Assembly (NCBI RefSeq): GCF_009914755.1
Contig: NC_060947.1
Length of the DNA stretch: 64,000 bases
Strand: one strand, 5' to 3'
Origin: the human T2T-CHM13v2.0 reference genome, Homo sapiens
The translations under genes and the position numbers were made by a program. The notes below the pieces were generated by a model. It saw only the letters and a program-made list of their open reading frames with translations, was not told the origin of the DNA and did not search any database. Shown in pieces: positions 16,028 through 30,983 of this stretch; the stretch's first letter is position 1, and the number at the start of each line of letters is the position of its first letter.

Positions 16028-16489
16028 TGATAGCACTTACTAAAATGTTTAGAAGGCTAGCGTTTTGAAAATAATAGGGTAATTTTTTGTTTTGTGGAAG
16101 GAATATTTCTTTATTTCATTTACAATGTATAGCTTCATTACCTACTTAAAATGCAGTTTATATCTAGGCTGTAGGATACATTTATAATCTGCAAAAGTAT
16201 TATTAAACTTGCTTTGTTACACTGTCTAAAGTTACTCTTGGAATCGGATTTACAAAATGGTAAAGCAGAGAGGGAAACCATTTTATTTAAATACCTTCAT
16301 AATCTTTGCCCCAACACAACAAATGTTGGTAAGTCTTACTGTTGTTCCTATCTTTAAACAGTACAATGAAGAGATTGCCTATGCGAAATACATTGGTTAT
16401 CCTATTGCACATTATCATTGATCAAATCCTGCCCATTTTTTAAAGTCACTATTTACATACATGAACTTTCTTTATTTAAAATGGTAGTG

Positions 16490-16873
<384 letters not shown>

Positions 16874-17332
16874 CTACTAGAAGGGTTCTTACTCATTTTG
16901 TGCCATGGGCCCCTCTGAAAGTTGGTGAATTTATGGGGACCTTTTTAGAATCATATTTTTAGATGTAAAACACAAAAGACATAGGATTATAAAGGAAACC
17001 AATCATATTAAAATGTACTTATAAAATTGTTTTTAAAAATTATGACACATTCCAGAGACATAAACACATATGTTCACACAAAAACCTGTGCATGGATGTT
17101 CATAGTTTTATTCATAGTAGACAAAAACTGGAAACAGCCTAAATGTTCTTTAACGGGTGAGTGGTTAAATAAGCTGTATTATCCATACTATGGGATACTG
17201 TATGGCAATAAACAGGTATAAACTATTGATATACACAATAACTTGTGTGCCTTCCCAGGGCATTATGGTGAATGGAAGAAGTCCATGTGCCAAAAAGTTA
17301 CATATAGTATGATTTCATGTAAATGACATTCC

Positions 17333-18742
<1,410 letters not shown>

Positions 18743-18941
18743 TAAATGATACTTTTGAAAAAAAATGATAGAAGTGGAGAATAGGTTAGTGGTTGCTGGG
18801 GTGGAGGGTTGTGGGAAGGAGATGGGTGTGGTTATTGAAAGGCCAACTTGGGGGATCCTTGTGGTGATGGAACTGTTCCATATCTTGATTGTGGTGTTGG
18901 TATACCTGAATTTACACATGATAAAACTGCATAGAAATGCG

Positions 18942-18987
<46 letters not shown>

Positions 18988-20219
18988 AAAATATATATAC
19001 ACATGTATATATACACACACACATATATAACACACAAATAAGTACAAATAAAACTAGGGAAATTTGAATAAGATAGATGGGTTTTATCAATGTCAATATC
19101 CCAGTTGTGATATCATAATATAGATTACCAGGATGTTACCATTGGGGGAAAAGGGATCTCTGGGCATTATTTCTTAGAACTGCATGCATATTTCCAATAT
19201 CTAAAAATAGTTTGATTAAAAAATTGAGACACAGTAATTGTAGTTCTTTACAATATTTGTTAAATAACAAGATAAAGTGGCAGGTTGTATAACTCAAGTA
19301 ATTTTGAAGAAGTGATAAGCATAAATGATAGTTAAGGTATTTTCACAAGTGCACTATGTGTGGTATAACAGGAAAATAAATGTGACTTGGTGACCAAGTT
19401 GCAGGGGCTGCTAATACCACTGTAATCTGTTTCCTATATTCATAGTTGAAAGAAGTACTAGATTTAAGTAAGAGGTTACTGAAAATATGTTTTCCTTTCC
19501 AAATTCACATACCCCCTAAATTTAGACCCCAGGATAAGAACCCCTGACTTTATATCTTTTTACATTTCATTATCTGTTATATCTCAAAGGCCTCTGTCAA
19601 ATAAAAGAGAAACATAATGTGTATTTGTTTTGCCTCAAATACCATGGATAATGATGGGGGCTCATAGAAAATACTAGTGGACACACTTCACAGTTTTAAT
19701 GATTTACTTGCTATTACTCACCCATATGCCCATTGTTCACCAAAATTGCTTAACACTAGTTTTAAAAGAGAAGTATATGTGGATTTTAAGTATAGAATAA
19801 ACTACACATTATTGATATGAAAAAGAAATATGTCAAATTGATTGCTTATTATCCAGATTGACTAATATTGACTATCATTAAATATTTTAATTTGCTTTCG
19901 CTAGGAAATCAGTTAATGATGGTTTAGCCTTCAATTGTCCGTATCTCTGAGAGTATCTAGATCAAATGAGGCTATTGTTTTATAAGAAAGGAAGGTTAGT
20001 GTTTTGGGATTAATGTTCTACTTTAAAATATCACCTTTTTGTTTCCTCTAATGTTAAAATCTAAAATTTTTTGAATATTTGAGTAATTATTTGAAATTAT
20101 TATGAAGTATTTCCTCTATACTCTATTGGTTAAATATGTCTTTCATAACATAAGAAGTAACAATATGGACACAGAATTAAAAACTATGTTTAGAGTTTGT
20201 GTACTTGACATTTCTAATA

Positions 20220-20572
20220 CAGGCTGAGCATCTCTAATCCAAAATCGAAAATGCTCCAAAATCCAAAACTTCTTGAGAACCAACATGATGCCACAAATGG
20301 AATATTCCACACCTGACCTCATGTGTTGAGTCACAGATAAAATGTGGCCAAAACTTTGTTTCATGCACAAAATTATTAAAATCATTGTATAAAATTATCT
20401 TCAGGCTATTTGTATGAGTTGCATATGCAACATAAATAAATAACATGTTTCAACTTGAGTCTTGTCCCCAAAATATCTCATTATGTATTTGTAAAGATTA
20501 CAAAATTGGAGAAAATCAGAACTCTGAAACACTTCTGGTCCCAAGCATTTTGAATAAGGGATACTCAATCTG
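20220..20572 (+). mobile_element. Tigger4b/MER46-family MITE, complete
   Basis: TIRs CAGGCTGAGCATC... and ...GATACTCAATCTG, with TA on both sides (20218-20219, 20573-20574). Confidence 0.85.
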
Positions 20573-21077
20573 TAATACAAGTGCTCAAAAAATCATCTAA
20601 ATATTTGTTCTGTGATGGTCTAAGAGTCTGTAATTTGGGAGTGAAATGCTTAATTGATATTTAGTAGACAGAAGCTTCAATAAGGGAACAATAAATGATT
20701 TCATCATATACAACCTTATACTTTTCTTTCATTAAACATTTTAGCTAATCATATTTTAGTAAACTTATTTAAATTTTTTTGGGAAAAATGGCACATATAA
20801 TCTGAAGAATTATGATGCTTATACATTGCTGTAGAAAAGCTTTTATCACCCCTGCCCTATAATTTGCGGTATATTCTCTTGTTTTGCCTATTATTTTCAT
20901 CCTCTGAAAATGCCTTAGTTAGAAACAGTGTTTCCTGCAATGGGAAATGACACAATATGAAGTTAACCTGATGACAGTAATTTTCTGTGTAGGTTTTTTT
21001 CTTATAGACTTCAATTGATAATATGTAGTATCTTTTACCCTACATTTTTTTGTGTGGTTAAAAAAAATAAATTAAAA

Positions 21078-22222
<1,145 letters not shown>

Positions 22223-24289
22223 TTTTTCAATGCAAATTGCATATTAAATTATTTTAAGTTTTATTATAAATTGATTTTAATATATTTTTTATATTTTTTG
22301 ATACATAAATTACATAACTGTATTACTCTCCCAGTAAGAGATGGCTTTCTTACATAAATGGAGAGAAGCCATCTAAAGGTTCTGCACTATATAGCATTCT
22401 CTGTTCAAACCAAATATACCGCTATCAGAATAAATAAATAGATTCACTTGGATAGGGCACTTATTTTGTGTTTCCCTTTCCTCCTTGAACTCAAGGAACT
22501 GATGGTGATGAAAATGGCATTTTGATTTCTTATGTTTGAAAGTTATAGGAGCCTCTCCAAGAACAACAGTATGAACCTTTGTAGATATAATCCCAAATAT
22601 GTTAATCTATAGCATTATATTTTCAGAGAACATGATGATAGATTAGAAACTTATTTGATTAAAATAGCCAAAGAAATGGACTTCATTAGGGTTTGTAAAT
22701 CATGGTCAATAACACTAACAAAATTACTGTTTTCATGAAAATATTGCCCATCCTATTTGAAGATGACATCCCTGATACTAATTGCTATCTATGTGCATGC
22801 TGTATAGCTGAAAAGACCTGTGTACAATCAATAGTTCTGTCTAGTGTCTGCAGCAAGATACCTTTACAGCTAAGAACCATAAAGCCTTTTCCCAAGTTGT
22901 AAGTAAGTCTGTTTTTACATTAAAAAATGACAGACCATGCTCAGACTAAGTCCATCTAAACTCAGAAGTGATTATCTCCACTGCAAACTAGAAGTGTTCT
23001 TTCTTAGAATATTGCTTCTCTGCTGTTGATTTTAACATTTCATATCAGAGCAAGGGGAATCTGTGACTATTAAACTGGCCCAAACTACCTTTTGATTATT
23101 TGTGTACTGTCTTAAAATAATACAAGCCCAGTCACATTGACTAGTATCTCCATCCTAATGATTTTCAAATTAAGGAATGGCTTCAAATTAGGAAAGCTCT
23201 TTGTTCACCTAGGTTTGGAATAGCATGATGTATGCTAATTGCTAACTTTGTCTGCATTATTTTTTAAAGATCAAATGGGCACAGTGGTAATTTTCATTAA
23301 TCTCATACAGAGCAGCTAATTAAAATTTCCATTATTACCCATCCATTATCTAGTTGTTTCCTTTGTTCAGTATCAGAACAGGATGTTAATAAGCCATTCT
23401 TGTCTTACAGCCCTATTAAGTATTATGAGAATTAATGTATTGCACTATTTTGTTTTTAGGTGATTTTAAAAATATTTTCTTGCACCATATTGATTATACT
23501 GAAGGTACTTTGACACCTTGACATTTTGTAATAGAGATTTCAGAATTAAATACTTGTTGCTTTAACGTTTTATTCAATATTGAGCAAAAGTAGTATATAG
23601 TAGAGACAGGAGCTATCCAAGGACCAGAATATTTGTTTTAGTCTCATACTCTTACTGATTATGTGAACTTAGGCAATTACTTGGATTCCTCATTTTTGTA
23701 ATGAGGATATTAGAAGAACTGATCTTTAAGGGCCAGTCCAGCCTTAGCTTGCTATCATATTTTCATAATTTTCAAATATGAACTTATGTTAAAATCTCAA
23801 AGTCCTTCTAAGCTTGGTAAAAAGCATCTGTTCTATAAAGTTATATATTCTCTGTCATGCTCTAGTAGATTGTTTGCTTCCATTCCTTATAACCAGAGAG
23901 GATCCTAAATTTTATAATTTAAGCTTGTTTCTAAGACTTGGGTGGGGAGTGAGCCACAAAGTGATGGGCTGGCTCACTTGTCCACAAGGAGTACCTCGGC
24001 CATAACCATATGTCCCAATTAGACTAATCCTGTAGGGAATCAATTAGAAAAAGGGAGCCAACATTTTCTCAGTAGATTATTCTGTGTCCATGAGATGCCC
24101 AATATAAAATACCTCTGAGCTGTCCTCAGCATACCATACAGTGTCTCAGTTTACCTGTTCTATATTCAGCATCTCTGAATATATTACAACTGAAAGTCTC
24201 AGAACTATAATATTCTGAAGCAAAACTAAGCTTAGAATCTTCAGCATGTTGAAACTCATCACTCATCTACCCTTTTGTTTATTCTCTAT

Positions 24290-24640
24290 CCATCCATCCA
24301 CCCAACCATCCATCCATTCATTCATTCAGGAAATATGTATTGAATGCTTACTTAAGCACTGTCTTAAGATCTGAGGATATAGTGGTGAACAAGGCAGGCA
24401 AGAATCCTGTCATAAGAGCTTATGTTTTAGCGCAGAAGACAGTAAACAACTAAATTACAAAAATAAATTTTCATAGAGGTAATACTGTAAATGATATTTA
24501 AAATGGTGTTGCGATGATAACTAGAATGTGGGGTGGGGAGAAGACTATGGAGCTGAGATTAAAATGATGGGAGCCAGCAATGGAGAGGTTGGGATAAGGG
24601 TCTTCAAGGCAGAGAAAACTGCAAAATACAAAGGTCACGC
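24290..24640 (-). mobile_element. L2 3' end
   Basis: (CCAT)n/cattcattcattca..atgtattgaatgcttac antisense tail. Confidence 0.7.
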
Positions 24641-24985
24641 AACAGGGTTAAATTCCATATACAATCCTCTAGGGGAAGATTAGTGGTGCCTTTTTATATA
24701 TTAATTTAAAAATAACTTTGAGGATTATATGAAAGTGGTATGTGACTACAGACTTGAAAATTTTAATTCGTTTTACTAGTAGTTTTCAGACTGGCACATG
24801 TAGTAAATAGATCCCTTGTTACTGATGAACTTTGTGTTGTTGTAGAAAGTGAGTTGGCCGAGCAAAAATAAAACTATAATTTTGAATTTGCAAAATTATG
24901 CTTTAAATATTTACTTGCTATTATTCCTTGTGAAATAATAGATGGATAAGGAAGTTACAGGAATATGGACATGATCTCTCGGTGA

Positions 24986-25331
<346 letters not shown>

Positions 25332-26881
25332 CATCCAGTATATTTTTAACGTCTACTGTGTCTCATAACGAAGCAAGAAATACCAAGTCAGTGGCCATTA
25401 TACAAAATATGGGAGCTCAAAGTATGAAATCGTATTCCTTGTTCTGCAGTTATTATGGAGAAGTTCAATAATAACACACTTTTATTGAAGCTCACTAAAT
25501 TCATGACCGGTGTTAGTTATGTGGCATAGATGGAGTTCCCAATGTAGAAGTGAGACAGACACAAATAATGACCTCTACCACAATATTTTAAGTGCTATAA
25601 TAATTATAATATTGCCACAGCGCTAAGGGAATAGAGTTCCCCTATATGTTATAAGCCTTTATCAGACTTTAAAAATTTAGCATCTAATGGGATTTTTGAA
25701 ATTCAGAAATTAAGAATGATTAACACTTTCTACATTGAGGAGGCATTCTCAATAAAAACCCAAATAGTGTGAAATCATAGGGAACTCATTTCTCATTATT
25801 AACATTTTTTTAAATGTCATATCCTCTAATGATAATACCTCTACCCAATGGGGAAAAATTCCTTTCCTTATGATCTCCTTATAATATTATATTTCCTATG
25901 ATAGTATATCCTTATGATGTTATTTTATAGTAAGTATCCTTAGATGCTTAGCAGAAACTGAGTGTAATTTTTATGAACCTGTAAAATGGGACTCAAGCTT
26001 GGAGTCTTAATTCAGGGATATACATTTACAGTATAGGAAAGGGGCAATTATGATTAGGTACGTCTAGAATGTGAAACTATCAGTTGTTAGTATAGTGAAT
26101 GTGTTGACAATGTTTTCCTCCCAGCCTTTTCCCTGAACTACTTATATAGTTATAGCAAGATGATGAAGTTAAGGAGCTGTGATGAGATGAGTTCTAGAAA
26201 CAACTCCATCTATATTGAAAGTTAAGTTAAAAACTAGTCACTATCAGATAAATGTATTTAATGACTTTTTAAGATTAATCTACAACCTGAGAGTACCAGA
26301 AAGGAATAATTGGGAACTGGTGAATGCTTTCAACTGATTTGATTAATTAACATGCTAATTGGAGACTATATTGTTTTACATTTTAATAACTGTTTTCACT
26401 TATTTTTTTTAGAAAGGCTGATACTCTGATATCTTTCAATAGATTTGGGTTATGTATAATGGTATATATTAAATTTTATTTGCTGGATTTTGTGGAATTG
26501 AATATACATATCTTAACTAGGAAAATTAATAAGATGATTTTTGAATGCTTATCCTCTGGGTTAAGGAGGACTAGCTAATATTAATTCTAATGCCTGAATT
26601 GTAAATTTAAGCACCCCTGTCAATGACACTTTATGTAATTCAAGTTCATATTCTATTCAGGTCATGAGCACCAGCACTGTAATTTTTTTTTTAAATGAGG
26701 TTGAGGAAAATGTTGAGATATATACAACACAATTTTACCATATCAATTCTGTGATCAAGAATTTTTAAGTGTGTAGCACTCTGCACACATTTTTATATAA
26801 CAAAATAAATATTCTATGCATTATTTTACTTAAATTTTTTTTGAAACATTGTCTAAAATGGTCTCTTTGTTTATTTTATAG

Positions 26882-27021
26882 GGTGGGCTGAAAAACAGCA
26901 AACATGAATGCACCCTGTCTTCACAAGAATATGTTCATGAATTACGATCGGGTATATCAGATGAGAAACTTCTTAATTGCCTAGAATCCCTCAGGGTTTC
27001 TTTAACCAGCAATCCGGTCAG
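26882..27021 (+). CDS. DIAPH2: DIAPH2 internal coding exon (140 nt; GGLKNSKHECTLSSQEYVHELRSGISDEKLLNCLESLRVSLTSNPVS), GTPase-binding/DID region
   Basis: Acceptor ttattttatag| at 26881 and donor CAG|gtaagt at 27021/27022. The peptide contains the diaphanous-family motif LESLRVSLTSNPVSW and splices in frame (AG|C) to 57603. Confidence 0.96.
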
Positions 27022-27332
27022 GTAAGTCGTTCTTATCATTTCGGTATGATTCATACAATTTGTAGTGCATATAATTGTTTGGGAATATAATAAGTTTTGT
27101 TATTTAAACCTCAAGATTTCCTGACTAAAAATCTGATGTTAATAAAACAGCAGCATCTGATTGTGAAGTCGTAAACTTTTAAAAATATATTTAGTTAGTT
27201 GGATCTCTAGTAATGTACAATTTTAAGAATACAAATGTTAACATAGAGCCAGAAGTTAAATATCCACATTTACATGGAAATCTATTTGTGGGATCAGATA
27301 ATTATTATATATTTATTTATAAAGCAAATTAA

Positions 27333-27650
<318 letters not shown>

Positions 27651-27976
27651 GATTTTATTCTTTTAAAACTTGAAAGGTATATATAACTTTATGTTCTTCT
27701 ATAAGTTTTAGATATACTCTTCACATATTTCTGTAATTTTGAGATAGCAAAAAGTGAATTATTTTAACCAGTAAAAGAAGTGAGAGCATTAATAAACTTC
27801 TCAAAACTCTACTAATTTAGGCTATTAACTAACTACAAAGGATTGTTATTAGGTTACTTGCCAATGGTGGATTCCAGTAACTGTGGTTCCTTTATTAAGC
27901 CTTTAAATCAATAACACCCAAAATAAAATGTTTTATAAAGAAAAATAAAATTTCAATAAAATATCAAAACATTCTT

Positions 27977-28278
27977 GGCCGGGCGTGGGGGCTCACACCT
28001 ATAATCCCTGCACTTCAGGGGGCTGAGGCAAGTGGATCGCTTGAGTCCAGGAGTTCGAGACCAGCCTGGCCAACATGGTGAAACCCCGTCTCTACCAAAA
28101 ATACAAAAAAGTCAGCCAGGTGTGGTGATGTGCGCCTGTGGTCCCAGGTATTCACGAGGCTGAGGTGGGAGGATCACCTCAGCCCGGGAGGTGGAGGTTG
28201 CAGTGAGCCCATATCCCGCCACTGCACTCCAACCTGGGAGACAGAGCGAGACCCTGTCTCCAAAAAAAAAAAAAAAAA
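27977..28278 (+). mobile_element. Alu (Jb-like)
   Basis: Full dimer with gctgaggtgggaggatcac, plus poly(A). Confidence 0.9.
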
Positions 28279-28589
28279 TCCGGGATCTATTTATGTAACT
28301 ACTAGAATCTTAAGTTCAGAATTTACTCCATAAGAGTATATAAAAAACTTACTGTGATTTTATCCATGTTTTTCCTAATATATAATAGGTCTAAGTCTTG
28401 TACTTTTCTGTCCTGTCCACAGAGCCTTGAAAATAATTTAGAGCTCAGTCATTCAGTTTGGATTTATGTATAAATTGAAATATATTAATTACTTATTTAT
28501 AGTGCACTTGGCAAAATGCCCAGAAAATTACAATTTTAAAACAACAAAAAATTTTTTAAAAGCCAGTGTTAAGATGTGACTTATCTTAG

Positions 28590-29000
<411 letters not shown>

Positions 29001-29229
29001 TGAGTTCTTGAGAACAGTAACTACGGTGGTGCATTTTTCCCCCCTGCACGTAACGTACAGCACTCTACCGTTTTGCCAAGCACTTTGTGCTCCTAAAATT
29101 TCTGTTGCATTGTTGTTTGAATGAATGAATAAATGAGTCTTTTAAAAGTAATTGTAGAAGTTGCAGCATTAAGAAATAAAGAGGGGGGCTAGTAAAAATG
29201 CATTTTTATAGAGATGTTGGGAAAGGCTT

Positions 29230-29445
29230 GCTTGAAATTACACGTGGGACTTTTAATAGATAGGCGCTTTGACCAGCTAAGCAACAGGGCTCCCCTCGTG
29301 TGGGACTTTTAGAATGTAGCAACCACTGACACACAGGGAAGGATTATGCGATCAGGTGAGAAGGTGGCCGACCCTGACTGGCTGGAAGCAGATGCATTCT
29401 GGTAGTTGATTGGTCCACAGGTAGCGTGACGCTTGTCACGTCCTC
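29230..29445 (+). promoter_or_regulatory. Putative RPA4 promoter/leader motif cluster
   Basis: CpG-enriched relative to the flanks. E-box CACGTG at 29241; GTGGGACTTTTA direct repeat (29244-29255, 29300-29311); inverted CCAAT (GATTGG 29408); palindrome CGTGAC-gctt-GTCACG (29425-29440) with CRE-like half-sites. TSS not determinable from sequence. Confidence 0.45.
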
Positions 29446-29478
29446 AGCCTCCCAGCATTCAATCGTAGCCTTTCGGAC

Positions 29479-29541
29479 AGCTCGAAGCCTTCTGTGGAGA
29501 GCTCGAAGCCTTCTGTGGAGAACTCAAAGCCGTCCGTGGAG
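29479..29541 (+). repeat. 21-bp tandem repeat x3 in RPA4 leader
   Basis: AGCTCGAAGCCTTCTGTGGAG at 29479-29499 and 29500-29520 (identical); third copy 29521-29541 matches 17/21. Confidence 0.9.
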
Positions 29542-29591
29542 CCCCAGACGAGCCAAAGCCCACCTTCTCCTCAGCCTGAGCTGTCTTGAAG

Positions 29592-30377
29592 ATGAGTAAG
29601 AGTGGGTTTGGGAGCTATGGCAGCATTTCTGCTGCTGATGGAGCGAGTGGAGGCAGTGACCAACTGTGTGAGAGAGATGCAACTCCTGCTATTAAGACCC
29701 AAAGACCTAAGGTCCGAATTCAGGACGTTGTACCGTGTAATGTGAACCAGCTTCTCAGCTCTACTGTGTTTGACCCTGTGTTCAAGGTTAGGGGAATTAT
29801 AGTTTCCCAGGTCTCCATCGTGGGGGTAATCAGAGGGGCAGAGAAGGCTTCAAATCACATTTGTTACAAAATTGATGATATGACCGCGAAACCAATCGAG
29901 GCCCGACAGTGGTTTGGTAGAGAGAAAGTCAAGCAGGTGACTCCATTGTCAGTCGGAGTATATGTCAAAGTGTTTGGTATCCTCAAATGTCCCACGGGAA
30001 CAAAGAGCCTTGAGGTATTGAAAATTCATGTCCTAGAGGACATGAACGAGTTCACCGTGCATATTCTGGAAACGGTCAATGCACACATGATGCTGGATAA
30101 AGCCCGTCGTGATACCACTGTAGAAAGTGTGCCTGTGTCTCCATCAGAAGTGAATGATGCTGGGGATAACGATGAGAGTCACCGCAATTTCATCCAGGAC
30201 GAAGTGCTGCGTTTGATTCATGAGTGTCCTCATCAGGAAGGGAAGAGCATCCATGAGCTCCGGGCTCAGCTCTGCGACCTTAGCGTCAAGGCCATCAAGG
30301 AAGCGATTGATTATCTGACCGTTGAGGGCCACATCTATCCCACTGTGGATCGGGAGCATTTTAAGTCTGCTGATTGA
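29592..30377 (+). CDS. RPA4: RPA4, replication protein A 30 kDa subunit (intronless RPA2-derived retrogene), 261 aa
   Basis: Single-exon ORF from ATG 29592 (the track's start at 29586 is TTG; in-frame TGA at 29577). Ser/Gly-rich N-terminus, OB-fold motifs ([33 protein letters not shown]) and winged-helix C-terminus [15 protein letters not shown], all RPA2-like. Confidence 0.97.
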
Positions 30378-30730
30378 GGCAGGGAAAACATCCTTTCATT
30401 TTTCGAAGACCCTTGCATCCAGCTGTGAGTAATTTTGACCTGTTGACTTTTTAGGAAGTAGGACTAAAAAAAAAAATCTCAAGTGGCATTCTTTGTCAAC
30501 TCGCTGCTTTTCTAACTGCTTTGAACTTTTCGGATTTTCTGTATTTGAAGCTCAGAGAGAGACGGTGATGGATAAATTGACAACTCTGTAGGATTTACTA
30601 GCAAGCTAATGGAAACATGATTTTCGGGGAAGAAAAACTACAGAAAATGTAGAAATTTATTATTTAATTGTGTTGGAGCTTCTTTTTCCAAAAGAAAAAC
30701 TAGTTGCAGTCAGGGAGCCAGCGAAAAGAC

Positions 30731-30755
30731 AAAAAAAAAAAAAAAAAAAAAAAAA
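30731..30755 (+). repeat. A25 tract downstream of RPA4
   Basis: 25 consecutive A, about 350 nt after the stop codon. Confidence 0.9.
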
Positions 30756-30977
30756 GTCTTGCTTGTTTTTATGTTAGACTTATTTTCCGTGTTTGGATTT
30801 AGCTTATTATAATGATACTGTTATCTCTTGCTCAATATAGTATTTAGTATTTGATTAATTCAAATGAGCTGAAGATACTAATTTGTGAATTCTAATGCTC
30901 AGTTCAAACATTTATGTGTGATTTGCTCTTATTACTATGAATTTATGTTTTCTTAAAATAAGATTATACTGTGTTTA

Positions 30978-30983
30978 AATAAA
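30978..30983 (+). terminator. Candidate RPA4 polyadenylation signal AATAAA
   Basis: First canonical AATAAA I found downstream of the RPA4 stop; T-rich sequence follows. Confidence 0.4.

Noticed and set aside
29586-29591. ORF-track start for RPA4 (263 aa)
   Set aside because: The codon at 29586 is TTG; the eukaryotic start is ATG 29592, giving 261 aa.
30144-30359. 71-aa antisense ORF within RPA4
   Set aside because: Short shadow ORF of a coding sequence with no independent support.
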